Positions 53,770 to 64,000 of a DNA stretch of 64,000 nt are shown here, in pieces (position 1 is the stretch's first letter; each line of letters opens with the position of its first letter). Under the pieces are notes generated by a model. It did not search any database. It was not told the origin of the DNA and saw only the letters and a program-made list of their open reading frames with translations. Origin of the DNA: Raillietiella orientalis (lineage: Eukaryota); contig JAYWIR010000004.1 of NCBI GenBank assembly GCA_036172245.1, positions 5,332,001 to 5,396,000 on the forward strand, given 5' to 3'. Made by a program: the position numbers and the translations under genes.

Positions 53770-56700
53770 ATTAACAAAAAAGATATGGAGGACATAAATC
53801 AAGGATCAATAGGATCAATATTCTTGACGAGTATTTGAAAGAGTTCTTCCAGAAACAAGACAGAAGCCGTTTTAATGCTCTTCATGGTACTTCCGGAAGG
53901 GTCTTTTAGGTAAAGTTGCAAAAAAGCCTTCCAGTAAATGCTATCTCCTCTGAGCGGGGCGATCTCCAAATGAAGATTCCCTTTCCCTAGTAAAAAATGC
54001 TTGTTAATCAATTGGAGAATTCTATGAAGAGCAGAGATGTCAGAGACATTTTGTTAAAAGGGAACTAGTGCCTTTTGGTCGCAAGAAACTTCTTCTTTTA
54101 GACTCTCGAGTGCCCCTTGAAGGAATGCTAAGGACTGAGAATCTCTGCTCATCACGTAATTTTACTTTCGGCAAGGAGTTGATGCGTTTACGTGCACCAG
54201 AATACATTTTTGGACGACTTTAAAACAGAAATCACGGAGCGCTTCTTCACCATATTGGATCTGTCCTGGATCACGAAGAAGGAGCACCACTTTATCACTT
54301 GGTTATTATCTATAATTATTGCAACGCCAGCAAGGTGGGAAGTGACCTGCTGCATGACAGGAAGGGCGAAACCTTTAGGCAGGTGTTCGACACGAGAACT
54401 CCCGGACTCTGTAACCCCGAGTGTGCCACCCAAAAAAATCGCACGCTGGGGCGAGCTGCTGGGAATTCCTCGAGGAAGACCTCACGCGGCTCCCAGCGTA
54501 CTGGAGTAACAGCACCCTCCCTGACAAGCGGCAGGGATCGGCGCTGCTGGTTTGGACGCGTGCCTTCATTACCGGTCCCGGGAAAGGGTGCGTGAGAGAA
54601 AGGGAGACCCTTTCGGCCTGTTTTCGTACTGTACTGCCCTCCGACCTCCTTGGGATCGCCTAGCGAGTGCCCTTGGAACCGTCCCCACGCAGCGTGAAAG
54701 ATTGCAATATTCATAGAGCACTGGAATGTGGAAAGTAAGAAAGATGGAAACTCTACTCTTTTCGCATACGAAAGCGATCGATACTACCTCAAGAGACAAG
54801 ACGACTGCGTGGGAGACAGCGGCTCAAGGATGGACTGTAGGAGGTTGAACGAAAGAAGAGAGGGGCAACAGAAAAGGAAACATCTAGTGAACGTGCTACC
54901 ATTGCAGACGCGTACCTTTTTCCGATGCGAACGAGTTGGCATCTCAATTCCAGGTTCATGGAAAGGAAAGGTATCTCCATGCGACAACTCGTGCAAATGC
55001 TTCTGTCCAAATAATCGAGCATCAACTTAACCAAACTTTCCTGACGATCGAAACTCTCTTGTCCGAAGGGTCGATCGAAATCTTGTCCTTTGGACAAAAT
55101 CATTCAGTCATTCCCTGATAACGCCTTAGGGACCACTTCACCATTCGTTCTTTCCGCGCGCCTGGCATATATGAAGGAGAGCACTGATACTTGCGGATGC
55201 ACGACAAGATGTGTGATGAGTCGCCCACGGCAGCGGAGGAAGGATGTCTCCAGAGTCTAGCCATCGAATCACGCGATTTTAGAGTTCAGGTTCAGCGTGA
55301 TGGGTGACTTAACGAGCCGCTTTGGCATCGTGTGGCTCCTGAGGTCTCCGCGCATGGCGCCAAGCGGGAAGGCGGGTGCAAATACTTGGAAAGAACCGAT
55401 GCCGAGAGATGGGGGGTGCGTCGAGGGGTTCGAGTTCCTCCCGCAAGATGACCCTAGTTGGCCTACATTCATTCGGGTGCGGAGCCGGTAGCGGTTCAAA
55501 CTGGATGCCCCGATGAGAGGCCGGGATTGGGAGTTCCCCTCCGGTTGTGCAATGTAGCGGACCCCCCACCTGGGGTGGAACCTTCCGTGTCGTACCATGG
55601 AGTTGATGGATTGATGACAATCATCCAGAGTGCACAGAAGCCAGCCGCTCGCTTCGGGAGCGCCCTTCAGGAAAAATTTGGAAGCGTCCTTTCGGGACTC
55701 TCTTCAGAGGAGCAAAAACAAAGAGAGGTTCCTTTGCGGGTTCCCGCCGGAGAAGGAATTCCAGGAGCAGATCCTTTCCGGGTTCCCATCGGAAAAGAAA
55801 AAATGGAGCAGACTCCTCCGGGAGTCCCTCTGGAGAGAATAAGGGAGAAGGGCTTTCCCTTCCGGGATCCCTCCCCAGGTGTGAAAGGAACGGACTCCCT
55901 TCTCCGGAGTCCTTCCTGGATTCATAGGGTGGTCCCCTCCCGGATTATCCCCTATCTTGAAGAGTCACACACACCCTCGAGTGGAGTGGAACAGCGTCAA
56001 AGAGCTGGATGAGCCGCCGCCAGGGGAGGGATGGTTCTTGAGGTATGCAACGAACCAAAAAAAAGAAAACCCGAAAAAAAAAAAAAGCTGGAAGGAAAGT
56101 AGCAAAGACAGGAAAGAACTCAAAAGGATTTCCATCATTCTGTTTCTTTGCTTTCGTAGCTCTTCGGCTGGATGTGGATGAACGTGGATTGGGTCGACCG
56201 GAGGAGGAGACACTTTGGCAAGCTCCTGTGTCTCCGCTGCACGCACAAGGACCGGAAAAACCCGCATTCTTTTCCCTTCCATTGCGGAAAATTCCTCATT
56301 GTCGGAGATGAACATCCTAGGGAATATTATCACGCCAAGATTTCCCGGCTTTCTCCCAAGGGGTGATGAGTTCCCATAGGCAACAGAAAACGGGTGCTCG
56401 CAAGAAGCAGTCCGTCCAGCTGAGTGGCTGATGCTATAGCGTGGGGTGACATCATTCTCTTTGCTTTGTTTGCTTGCTGGTCGTGGATCAACACCTCAGT
56501 ATTCTGCTTTCCCTTGGGGATTCTCTTTCCGTTTGAAAGTTCTTCAAATCAAACCTCACCGGGGACAACCACCAGCTAGCTGTCTCAGCTGACCTGGAGG
56601 TCCCCCTGTCAGACCGCGGGTTTCACCTTTGCTCCGCATAGTTTCCTGAAACTGCAAGTGGCGGCTGTCCTTCTGTGCAGAGATTTGAGCAAGGGCTCCA

Positions 56701-57900
56701 CCTCGGTGGCCGAGGTGGCGAAACTGCCTCACGACTTCGGTTCTGAGACGGAACCAGGAATCCATTCCTTTTTGAGCTAAAGAATCACAGGGCTGGAGAG
56801 CAAGATGTCGCTTCAGGAGCGGACTCGTTGCCGAAAGACTTCCGCAAGAAAGGACAGCACGACGAAGTGTCTCTTACGACTGGAGGAGGGGCACAGCAGG
56901 AAAAGTGAGAAAGAAAGGGAGCAGACTCTCAAGACGAGACTTTACATGAAGCGAAGCCCTCAGGTAAGAGTTCGCGCGGCTCGAGGGGAAGCTGCAGAGC
57001 GGCCGAAAGAGAGGGGAAGGGCTAAAGACTGCTCCCGAGTCGACTCCGCGCCGTTCCGTCCATCCGAGGTCATCCCCACACTGGCACTCTCGCAAGCACT
57101 CTGGTTCTTTCTCCCTACTCGGACATCCGGGCGGCATGTCTTCTTGCAAGCAGCAGCCACTCACCGGTTCTCTCACTCCCTGAGGGCGAGACACCAGCGA
57201 CGTGGCACACGGAAGCCCATCACAAGGAAAGATGCGGCGGGACTGCGGTAAGTGCGGATACGGAAGCGTGCAGATGAGTTCACCGAGGTCTTCAAGTAAA
57301 GGTGAGGTGCTGCTCCTTCGAGTCGCCGATGCCGGAAAGGAACCCTCGAGCTTTCACCTTTTCTGTAGGTGAAGACTTTCCCTTCCCTGCAGCCTCCTCC
57401 TCGCGACTCTCCATCTTTATCCCTGTTCGATGTAGCCTGGTTCGGATAAATAGTGAAGGAGCCCTCTGCTCCATATCAGAAGAGGGAGGGGGGGGGGGGG
57501 AAATGACTACCTCCGCTGTCTAAGGTTATCAGGAAGTGGTCGTGGCTTCTAGAGACTTGTCCATAGCTGCCGGTGGCCCGAGAGATGCATCTACGCGTTA
57601 TGGAAGTGACGAGTATTGGAAAACACCGCCGCTTTTTCCCTGGGATCCCCTGCTGAGATGTCGAGAACGACAACGCTCCTTCAGGAACAGGTTCGGTTCA
57701 TCAGGAGCCGACAAGACCCCGCCCTGTTTCACAACCGAGGCGAGCCTCCAGCGAAGAGGGCGGGAAGACGCAGGAGTTTTCTCGCCCTACTTCTCCTGGG
57801 GGCGTTTATTGTTATCCGTAACACAATGAAAGGAACGGTGGCGGGACTTCAAGTCCTGTTACATCCAGACGCTCAAAGGAACGTGCCGCGATGCCGTTAC
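53770..57900 (-). mobile_element. Decayed near-full-length LINE ORF2 (APE endonuclease plus RT), interrupted by an inverted segment
   Basis: Minus-strand remnants in the expected order: RVDASL and SHDHFLITLD (APE end, ~57590-57520), PITLNLNSKI (~RPITLLNxDYKI, ~55300), QESFDRQ (~55050), CCPSLLSF..ILEPL (~54860-54820), SYAK (~YADD, ~54765). Many stops and frameshifts. Confidence 0.55.
55600..56300 (+). mobile_element. Inverted (plus-strand) fragment of the same LINE family
   Basis: 56050-56140(+) CGAACCAAAA...CTGGAAGGAA...AAAGGATTTCCATCAT is homologous to 60040-59970(-). 55655-55750(+) is homologous to ~60310-60210(-). Confidence 0.6.
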
Positions 57901-57959
57901 GCAGGTCGGCGGTGTCTGCCGCAGCGACGAAGGGGAGGGGGTTAACAGACAAAACAAAG

Positions 57960-58500
57960 CAAAGCAAGACAAAGTAAAGATAAATAAATAAATAAATAGG
58001 CAGAACTTAACTTGGGGGGTTCGGGGAAAGGGGTCACCGGGTTCGTCGCAGGGAGCCCTCTGCATCCTTTCGAGGGTGCTGGTGGGTTCCATCGGGATGT
58101 TTCCCGGGCGGGGGCCATCTTGCCGCGGTCTTCTCGAAGCGGTTCGCGCACTGGTGCCGGTCTCTTCTGGCTGCGCCCCGAGACGCCACCGTCTCGCAGA
58201 GGCCGCAAACAGTAGCTGAGGACGCGGCCGGTGCTTCGCGCGCGCGAAGGGACGTCTCACAACGGTCCCCGGGCTCCGGAGGGTAGGGAGTTCCCGAAGG
58301 AACCGGAGGGAAGAGCAGCCCGCGAGCGGGCGAGGGAGACATTTCCCTTCTCCACACCCGCCTACAGCTGGGTCCCCCTTCCCCCTGCCTCCCATGGTGC
58401 CGGCGTGCGCTGAGTGGGAGAGAGCCCAGTGCAACATCTGCAACTCTGTCTCCTGCCACCTTGAGGGGGAGGGGGGAAGAGATAGTAGGCCCCACGTTTG
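57960..58500 (-). mobile_element. Short 3'-terminal LINE fragment next to a (TAAA)n tract
   Basis: GCCCTCTGCATCCTTTCGAGGGTGC at ~58055 resembles the 3' ends of the 59 kb and 61.6 kb copies, and abuts (TAAA)n at ~57981-57997. Confidence 0.45.
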
Positions 58501-59039
58501 CGTCCTTTAGAGTCGGGGAGGAGAGGGGGAAGAGAGAGGGAATGGACACCACGTTTGCGTGTTTGTTGATTTGATTTTGTTTTATTCAGGAATGAGCAAA
58601 CACGTTGGAAACGCGGTTCCCGGGGGCAAACAAGAAAGGAGTTCAGCAGGAGAGTCCAGCGAGCATTCATGCCGGCAACTCGAAAATTCCGGAACGGGTG
58701 CGAGGGGATGATAAATAAATAAACAAGTAAAACACACACAGGAGGGAACAGGACCGAGGGTTTCTTGACTTCAGCCATTCCTTCGTCCTAGAACCGCTGC
58801 GGGATGCCGGCGATCCCCTTCCTGAGGCCCTCTTCCAGGTTTTCCACCCGGATTTTCCGGAACATTTCTTATAAAAATAATAGAATTGCAAATCTTCGCG
58901 GTGGAACTCTCCGTCCCACCACGCCCTGGCCAATGCGGAACCAGTCGAGTAAGGAGACTGGCGAGGTCCGTTCCGGAGGCGAAAGGGAGAGAGGAAAGGA
59001 GGGGACGGGAGAGAAAGATAAAAAAAAAGTTACAGACAT

Positions 59040-61400
59040 TTTTCTGGGGTGAGGTTTAGGGTAAGGGATCATGGCTCGCTGCTAGACGCCATCTGCACCC
59101 TTTCGGGGATGCCGACAAGTTCGTTGCGGATGCTGCCCAGGTGGAGCCATCTCGTGGAGGTCCTCAAGGAGATTCCCGACCAGTGGATGGCGTCCCTTCC
59201 ACTCTGGTCTCTTCTTGCAGAGCTCCAACCCTCCGCGATCCTGCGAAGACAGCAGAGGACTGAGAGGGACGCGGGTGGCAGCAGCGTGACACTCACGAAA
59301 AGGCGTTTCAAAATGTCCCTGGGGTTCCGAGGGTCCTTGCTAGGCGATCCACGGGATCGAAGGACAGCACAGTCCAACAGTAGGTGTGGGAGAGCCTCCT
59401 CCTTCTCGAACCTGCCCCACTCGTCACCCACCCTTCCCTCGCGTCCAATGGTGAAGGCGCTCTTTGCACGGGATTTCCTCTGGCAACACAAGCAACGCCA
59501 ACTCCTGCCACTCGAGAGAAGAGCGCCATTGTTCCATCACGTTGGAAGTCACTTCATCTCCACCGGAGGGATGCCGAGCAGCTCTTCCTAGAGTAGAAGT
59601 CCGTGGGATGTGACACGCGGGGTCCGTGACCTCCCGAGTTATCCACTCCCGCAACGGTTTCTTCTTTGCTGCGATGCGTTCGACTTCCCATCTTGCAAGG
59701 ATTACGCTGTCCCTTGCGTCCCCTAGGGAGGGTATCATTGGGGCAAGGGGGGTGGACGAAACCCATCGCATCTCCTGCGGGGATGACCTCCTACGGAGAC
59801 TTGCAAGCGTCGATGTTTCGCGGCAGGCAGGCGTGTCCTGCCTCGCTCGCTCCGTGAATCTTCCTTCAGGCGAAGACCGACTCCTGGGGACGGGCAGTGT
59901 GATTCGCGGGAAGGCAGGAGATCCAGGTGTTCTCCTCCAAAAGGGCAACCATCCAACGGAGATGGACTAGGATGATGGAAATCCTTTCGCGCTCTCCCGT
60001 TTTCGTTGCCTTCCTTCCAGTTTTTTTCTTTTGGTTCGCCACGTGCTGAAGGGCCGCTGCCACCTTAGGGGAGGATCATGAAACTCTTTATGCTGTCTCC
60101 CCCCCCTTCACACCCGAGAGTGCGCGTAACTCTTCCAGTTAGGGGGTACCTCGGGAGGGAACCACACTATGCATCTGGAGGGGTCCTCCAAAGGAGGCCA
60201 TTCCTCATTTCTTCTTCAGAGAGCACCCTCAAGAGAACCTCTCCTTGTTTCCTCCTACGAAAAGGACCCCGAAGAGATGCTTCCCAATTTCTCTCTGTGA
60301 AGTGCTCCCCGTAGGGGGCAACGCGAAGAGAGAAGCGCAACTTCACTCTCTGGAGAGGTGCCAATCCTCCAGCTCCATGGCTCGAGATGGAGGGCTCTCC
60401 TCCGATAGGGGGGACGGCCCCATTTTTAGAACCGAAGGGGAGCCTCGAAGTCCAGAAAGAATCCCTGAGGGTCGACTCTCCATCACGGCCACTCGACGGG
60501 GGCGTCCGGCTCCCATCAGTGCCGCACCAGAAGCCTGTGAGCCAACAAAGTCAACCAACAATCCTGCGGGAGACAGCCGAAACCCTCGATGCACCTCCCC
60601 GTTCTCGGCATCGATCATTCTCCCGGGCGGGATTCGGACCCGCGACGCTTGGAAGCTCGCTACTGACCTTTTTTTTCTTTTAAAAAACACGAAGGACAGG
60701 AAGGCGATTCCCGCGGTGGCAGTAGCGGGTCAACGGGGTATCCGTAGCTCCTGATCCAGGAGCGGACGTGCTAAGAGCAGGACGGTAAGTTTCGTCGAAG
60801 GACGGAGAAGGTGGAAAAAGAGAGAGATGAAAAGCTACTCGTGAGCTTTGAACAAGGGGACAATCGACCCAACTCTTCGAGCGTCACGAGGTAACGGATG
60901 AGGACGGAGCCCCTCTTCCCCCACTCCCACTTTTGGCTCATTCGCGTCGTCATGTTGTGAGCCAGGAGCGCTCCTCTGCCCCGTGGAGCGGCTTCCTCGG
61001 GATCTGCTGGGGCGAGTGCAACAAGCGGCGACTCGAGGTCGCTACCGAGAAGGAGCCTCTGGAAGTGTCCCAGGTTCCGGGAACTCTCCCTGGAGCGCTT
61101 CCCAAAGGAGGAGGCCACTCTCAGGACTGACCTTTCTCTCTCACTTCCACGGGATAGTCGGAACTCGGAGCGGAGAGCGCGAGAGACTCAGCCTGCTTCC
61201 CAATTTTGGCGTGCCTCGTAGGGCCCTCTGGCACCAGGTCCGGAGGGAAGCAGACGCAGCTACCTCACGAGGCGTCTCCAAGCACGTCTGCCCGGTTCTC
61301 TCGGACGAATTCTTGAAGGCGGTCTGTCCCGCTTGAGCCGCCGCCGAGCCGCTGGCCGTGGCGGGAACACGTGGATTAGGGCTCCAGGGTGTTCATTCCA
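59040..61400 (-). mobile_element. Decayed L1/Tx1-like non-LTR retrotransposon ORF2 (RT core to C-terminal zinc-binding region)
   Basis: Ordered, frameshifted motif remnants on the minus strand: QTAFKNS (~DQEKAFD, ~61320), GSDLESPLVALAPADP (~GCPLSPLLFALAxEP, ~61040), QHDDA (~YADD, ~60950), GRPRRVAV..RP...SGLRGSP (~RVxxxxxxxPxxxGGLGLP, ~60480), EEALPHLLLDC (~59390). Boundaries approximate. Confidence 0.65.
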
Positions 61401-61559
61401 TATAAAAAATGAGCACTTACAATCCCTGTGGTTGGACCCGTGACCTTTCAGATCAAACCTGCCGCAGTACCACCACGACAGCAGGGGAAAGGGGGCAAAC
61501 AAAAAGAAAAAAAAAGAAACAAAGATTTTTATCTTTGTTTCTTCCTAAATAAATAAGTT

Positions 61560-64000
61560 TTGGGGAAGTGAGGGGGTGTGGGAACGGATCATGTCCTCCT
61601 GAGGGTGGTCCGCTGCACCCTTTCCAGGATGCCAGTAAGCTCTTCCTGGATGTTGCTTTCCAAGTGGGGCCATTTTGTTGCCATCCTCGTGAAGAGGACA
61701 GCAGAGTGGAGGTGGCACCCCTGTTGCTCGGTCCTCCTCTTGCGCCGTAGGAGGAGGGATCTTGAAGCGTCCCTGGGGTTGCTTCCGAGAGGTTCCTAGG
61801 CAAAGAATTCCCAAAAAGACTGGAGGGTAACACAGTCCACTAGCAGGCGGGGGAGGGATTCGCGTTCCCCACACCTGCCACAGTTCGTGTTCACCCCGTC
61901 CCTCCCATATCCAGTGATGCCGGAGGGCGTTGCACGGGAGACCCGAGTGCAGCACTACCAGCGTGGCGGGGACGTGGAGGAGCGGCTGCCGCGGCTGACC
62001 CACGCCTGCTCCTCTGGCCAGGGGTGTCGACTGTGTTCACTCCTCGGTCAGAATGTCTGCAGCCCTCAGCGCTCTTCCGCCTTTCGCTCCTCGAGATCCT
62101 TTCACCGAGCCACCTTGAGCAGCTCCGGGAGAAACCCCGGGAGCAGAGCTGAAGCGTGGAGACCGCGGTACCGTAGGTAGGGTTGCCACTCCTCCCTCTC
62201 AGCGAATTCCCAGGATCGGCGGGGAAAACCCAAGGGACGGCACCAAACGACCCGCCGGCAGGCTGCTCGTCTGCAGAAGCGGAGATCCAGGAAGGGCACA
62301 GAGAGGCGAGGGAGGCGGTTCGCAGGAGAGGAGTCGCGGCGTTCCTTGGGGCCCTGGGAGATTGGGCAGAAGCTAACCCCCGGCGAAGAGGTCCGCTTTC
62401 GCCCTCATTCCGGGGAGGCGCTTCCCCAGCGCCAACCCGGAGCGCGTTCGACGCGAGCATCTGCGGGGAGGGCGGCCTTGCGTGCCATCGCCGGGGTGCC
62501 GATCCTCCGGCTGCAGCCAGCACGGGGTCGGCGGCTGTTGCCAGGATTCCTCCCCTGTAAATTTTTCCCACCTCCGCGAAAAGCGGGGAGAATACAGGAG
62601 TGAGGCAGCATCAAAGGTGCTCTCTTGGATCCGGTTCAAGCCGGTTGCGCTCCTGGACTGCTAACGACGTCATCCTTCATCTTCTGCCGGGGGAGGAGGA
62701 AAGCCCACACAGATGGAGAGGCAAAGTGAAATGAAATGGGGGAATCTGGGCGGAGGGGGAGGAGGAGGGGGGGGGGGAAAGAAGCAGTCCTTCCATTCGT
62801 CCCGTTTTACCCATTCTCGCCTTTGGCGTGCACGCGTGCGAGCGCTTTCCTTTCCTGGTTCGCTTGGCTGGTCGTCGTCGGCTCCGAGGAGCGGCAGCTC
62901 TCCCGGTTTTCACCGGCTGGGCTCGGCGGCTGCGGCTGTCGGGAATCGCCATCCCGGGAGGATGTTGAACCCGTGGTTATTTTTACGGAACTCTTGATCC
63001 ACCCCGTTTGGTCCCGTCCGCGATGTGTTCCGACCCGGCGGAGAGGCTCGGGGTGGTGCGTTCTTTTCGCTTTCTCCGCGTGTCCCTTGGCAACCTGCCG
63101 CAACAATCGCGCGAAGGAGCGCGGCGGCGCGCCGCGCCGCTCGCAGAGAAGTTCCCGCAGAGACTTTCCCTTTCTGTTCCCGATCTTCCCTGATTTCGGC
63201 GGGAAGCAATCGGCGATGTCCCCTTTGGCCGGTGATCGATCCTTCTGCAGGTTTTCCCCCCGCCCCATCTTCAGTGTGCCCCGGCTACCACTGCTCGAAG
63301 AGTAGGGGCCGCGGGACCGCATCCCGAGAGCCGTTGGGGGGAAGAGGATGGAGAGGGGCACTCTTCCCGGATGGTCGGTCGCCCCTGACTCCGTCTTTTC
63401 GCTGCTCCCCGATGCACAAGCCGCCTCTTGGCTGCGCCTCCGGGAAGCTCGGCCTCCCCTCTCAGCACCCTCCTCAGTGCCCGGGGCAGAGGAAGGCTGG
63501 CACTTAAGAACAGGTCACGGAGACCAGCAAGGAGTCTGCGCCGCATCTCGCCGAGTATGGGCTCGGAGACAAAGCCGTCCTTCTTCTGGAAGGGCAGGGA
63601 CAGTGGCCAGCCGAAAGGGAGGGTGCTGACCTCTGGAACGGGAAAACTCCCTTGGGGGTTGGTCGCGGCGTGCTTCAGCTTGTTGACGCAGTGACCTCGA
63701 ACACCCAGTCCAGAGGCTCTACTCCGCTGGAAGGATCCGCCTGAAGTTCCCCGAGGAGAGAAGGGGAGGCTGCGTCTTCCCAGCGCGTCTCCCGCAGCCT
63801 TCCGCACGCGGAAGAGGCGCTTCTTCTCCTCCCCGCTTGTCGCAGTGGGTGAGGACGGTGCCTTCTGGCCAGAGTCCTGCCGCCGCGGAGGATGCGGAGC
63901 CATGGCCCTCCCGACCCTGCGGGGTTGCGATCCGCGCTTGAAAGCAGCGCCGCAGCCGTCGCCTCGGAACACCCCCAGTCCCACAGCGAACTGCGGCTTC
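61560..64000 (-). mobile_element. Second decayed copy of the same LINE family (3' half, runs out of the window)
   Basis: Nucleotide similarity to the 59 kb copy (CTGCACCCTTTCCAGGATGCC at ~61612 vs CTGCACCCTTTCGGGGATGCC at ~59093; CCCTGGGGTT...CACAGTCCA shared). Remnants LGVRGH (RT end) and GRVPLSILFPPTALGM. Confidence 0.55.

Noticed and set aside
1..64000. CRISPR arrays, operons or prokaryotic defence systems
   Set aside because: The sequence is eukaryotic with spliceosomal introns, and no regularly spaced repeat-spacer array was seen.

Overview
Eukaryotic genomic DNA, probably from an arthropod (it has a clear quiver/sleepless orthologue). The window alternates between GC/CpG-rich blocks (~1-15 kb, ~31-41 kb, ~52-64 kb) and AT-rich blocks (~16-30 kb, ~41-52 kb). 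Six spliced protein-coding genes were reconstructed by hand with consistent intron phases: quiver/sleepless (+), a KLHL18-like BTB-BACK-Kelch gene (+), two tandem HIG1-domain paralogues (-), POFUT2 (+) and RpL23 (-). The housekeeping genes have very short introns (37-62 nt). Most of the GC-rich sequence looks like heavily decayed non-LTR retrotransposons (L1/Tx1-like ORF2 motifs), and most long ORF-track entries there are spurious. There is also an AT-rich foldback/MITE-like element and several hairpins. I found no tRNA, rRNA, CRISPR or prokaryotic system, and no convincing wholly new system. The best leads are: an in-frame alternative acceptor that would include or remove the Quiver signal peptide; the HIG1 paralogue pair, with a ~70-fold intron-size difference and possible chimeric splicing; a tail-to-tail POFUT2/RpL23 overlap; micro-introns lacking polypyrimidine tracts; and a possible spliced non-coding unit at 41-43 kb. 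All identifications come from reading the sequence and recalling family motifs; no database searches were run.
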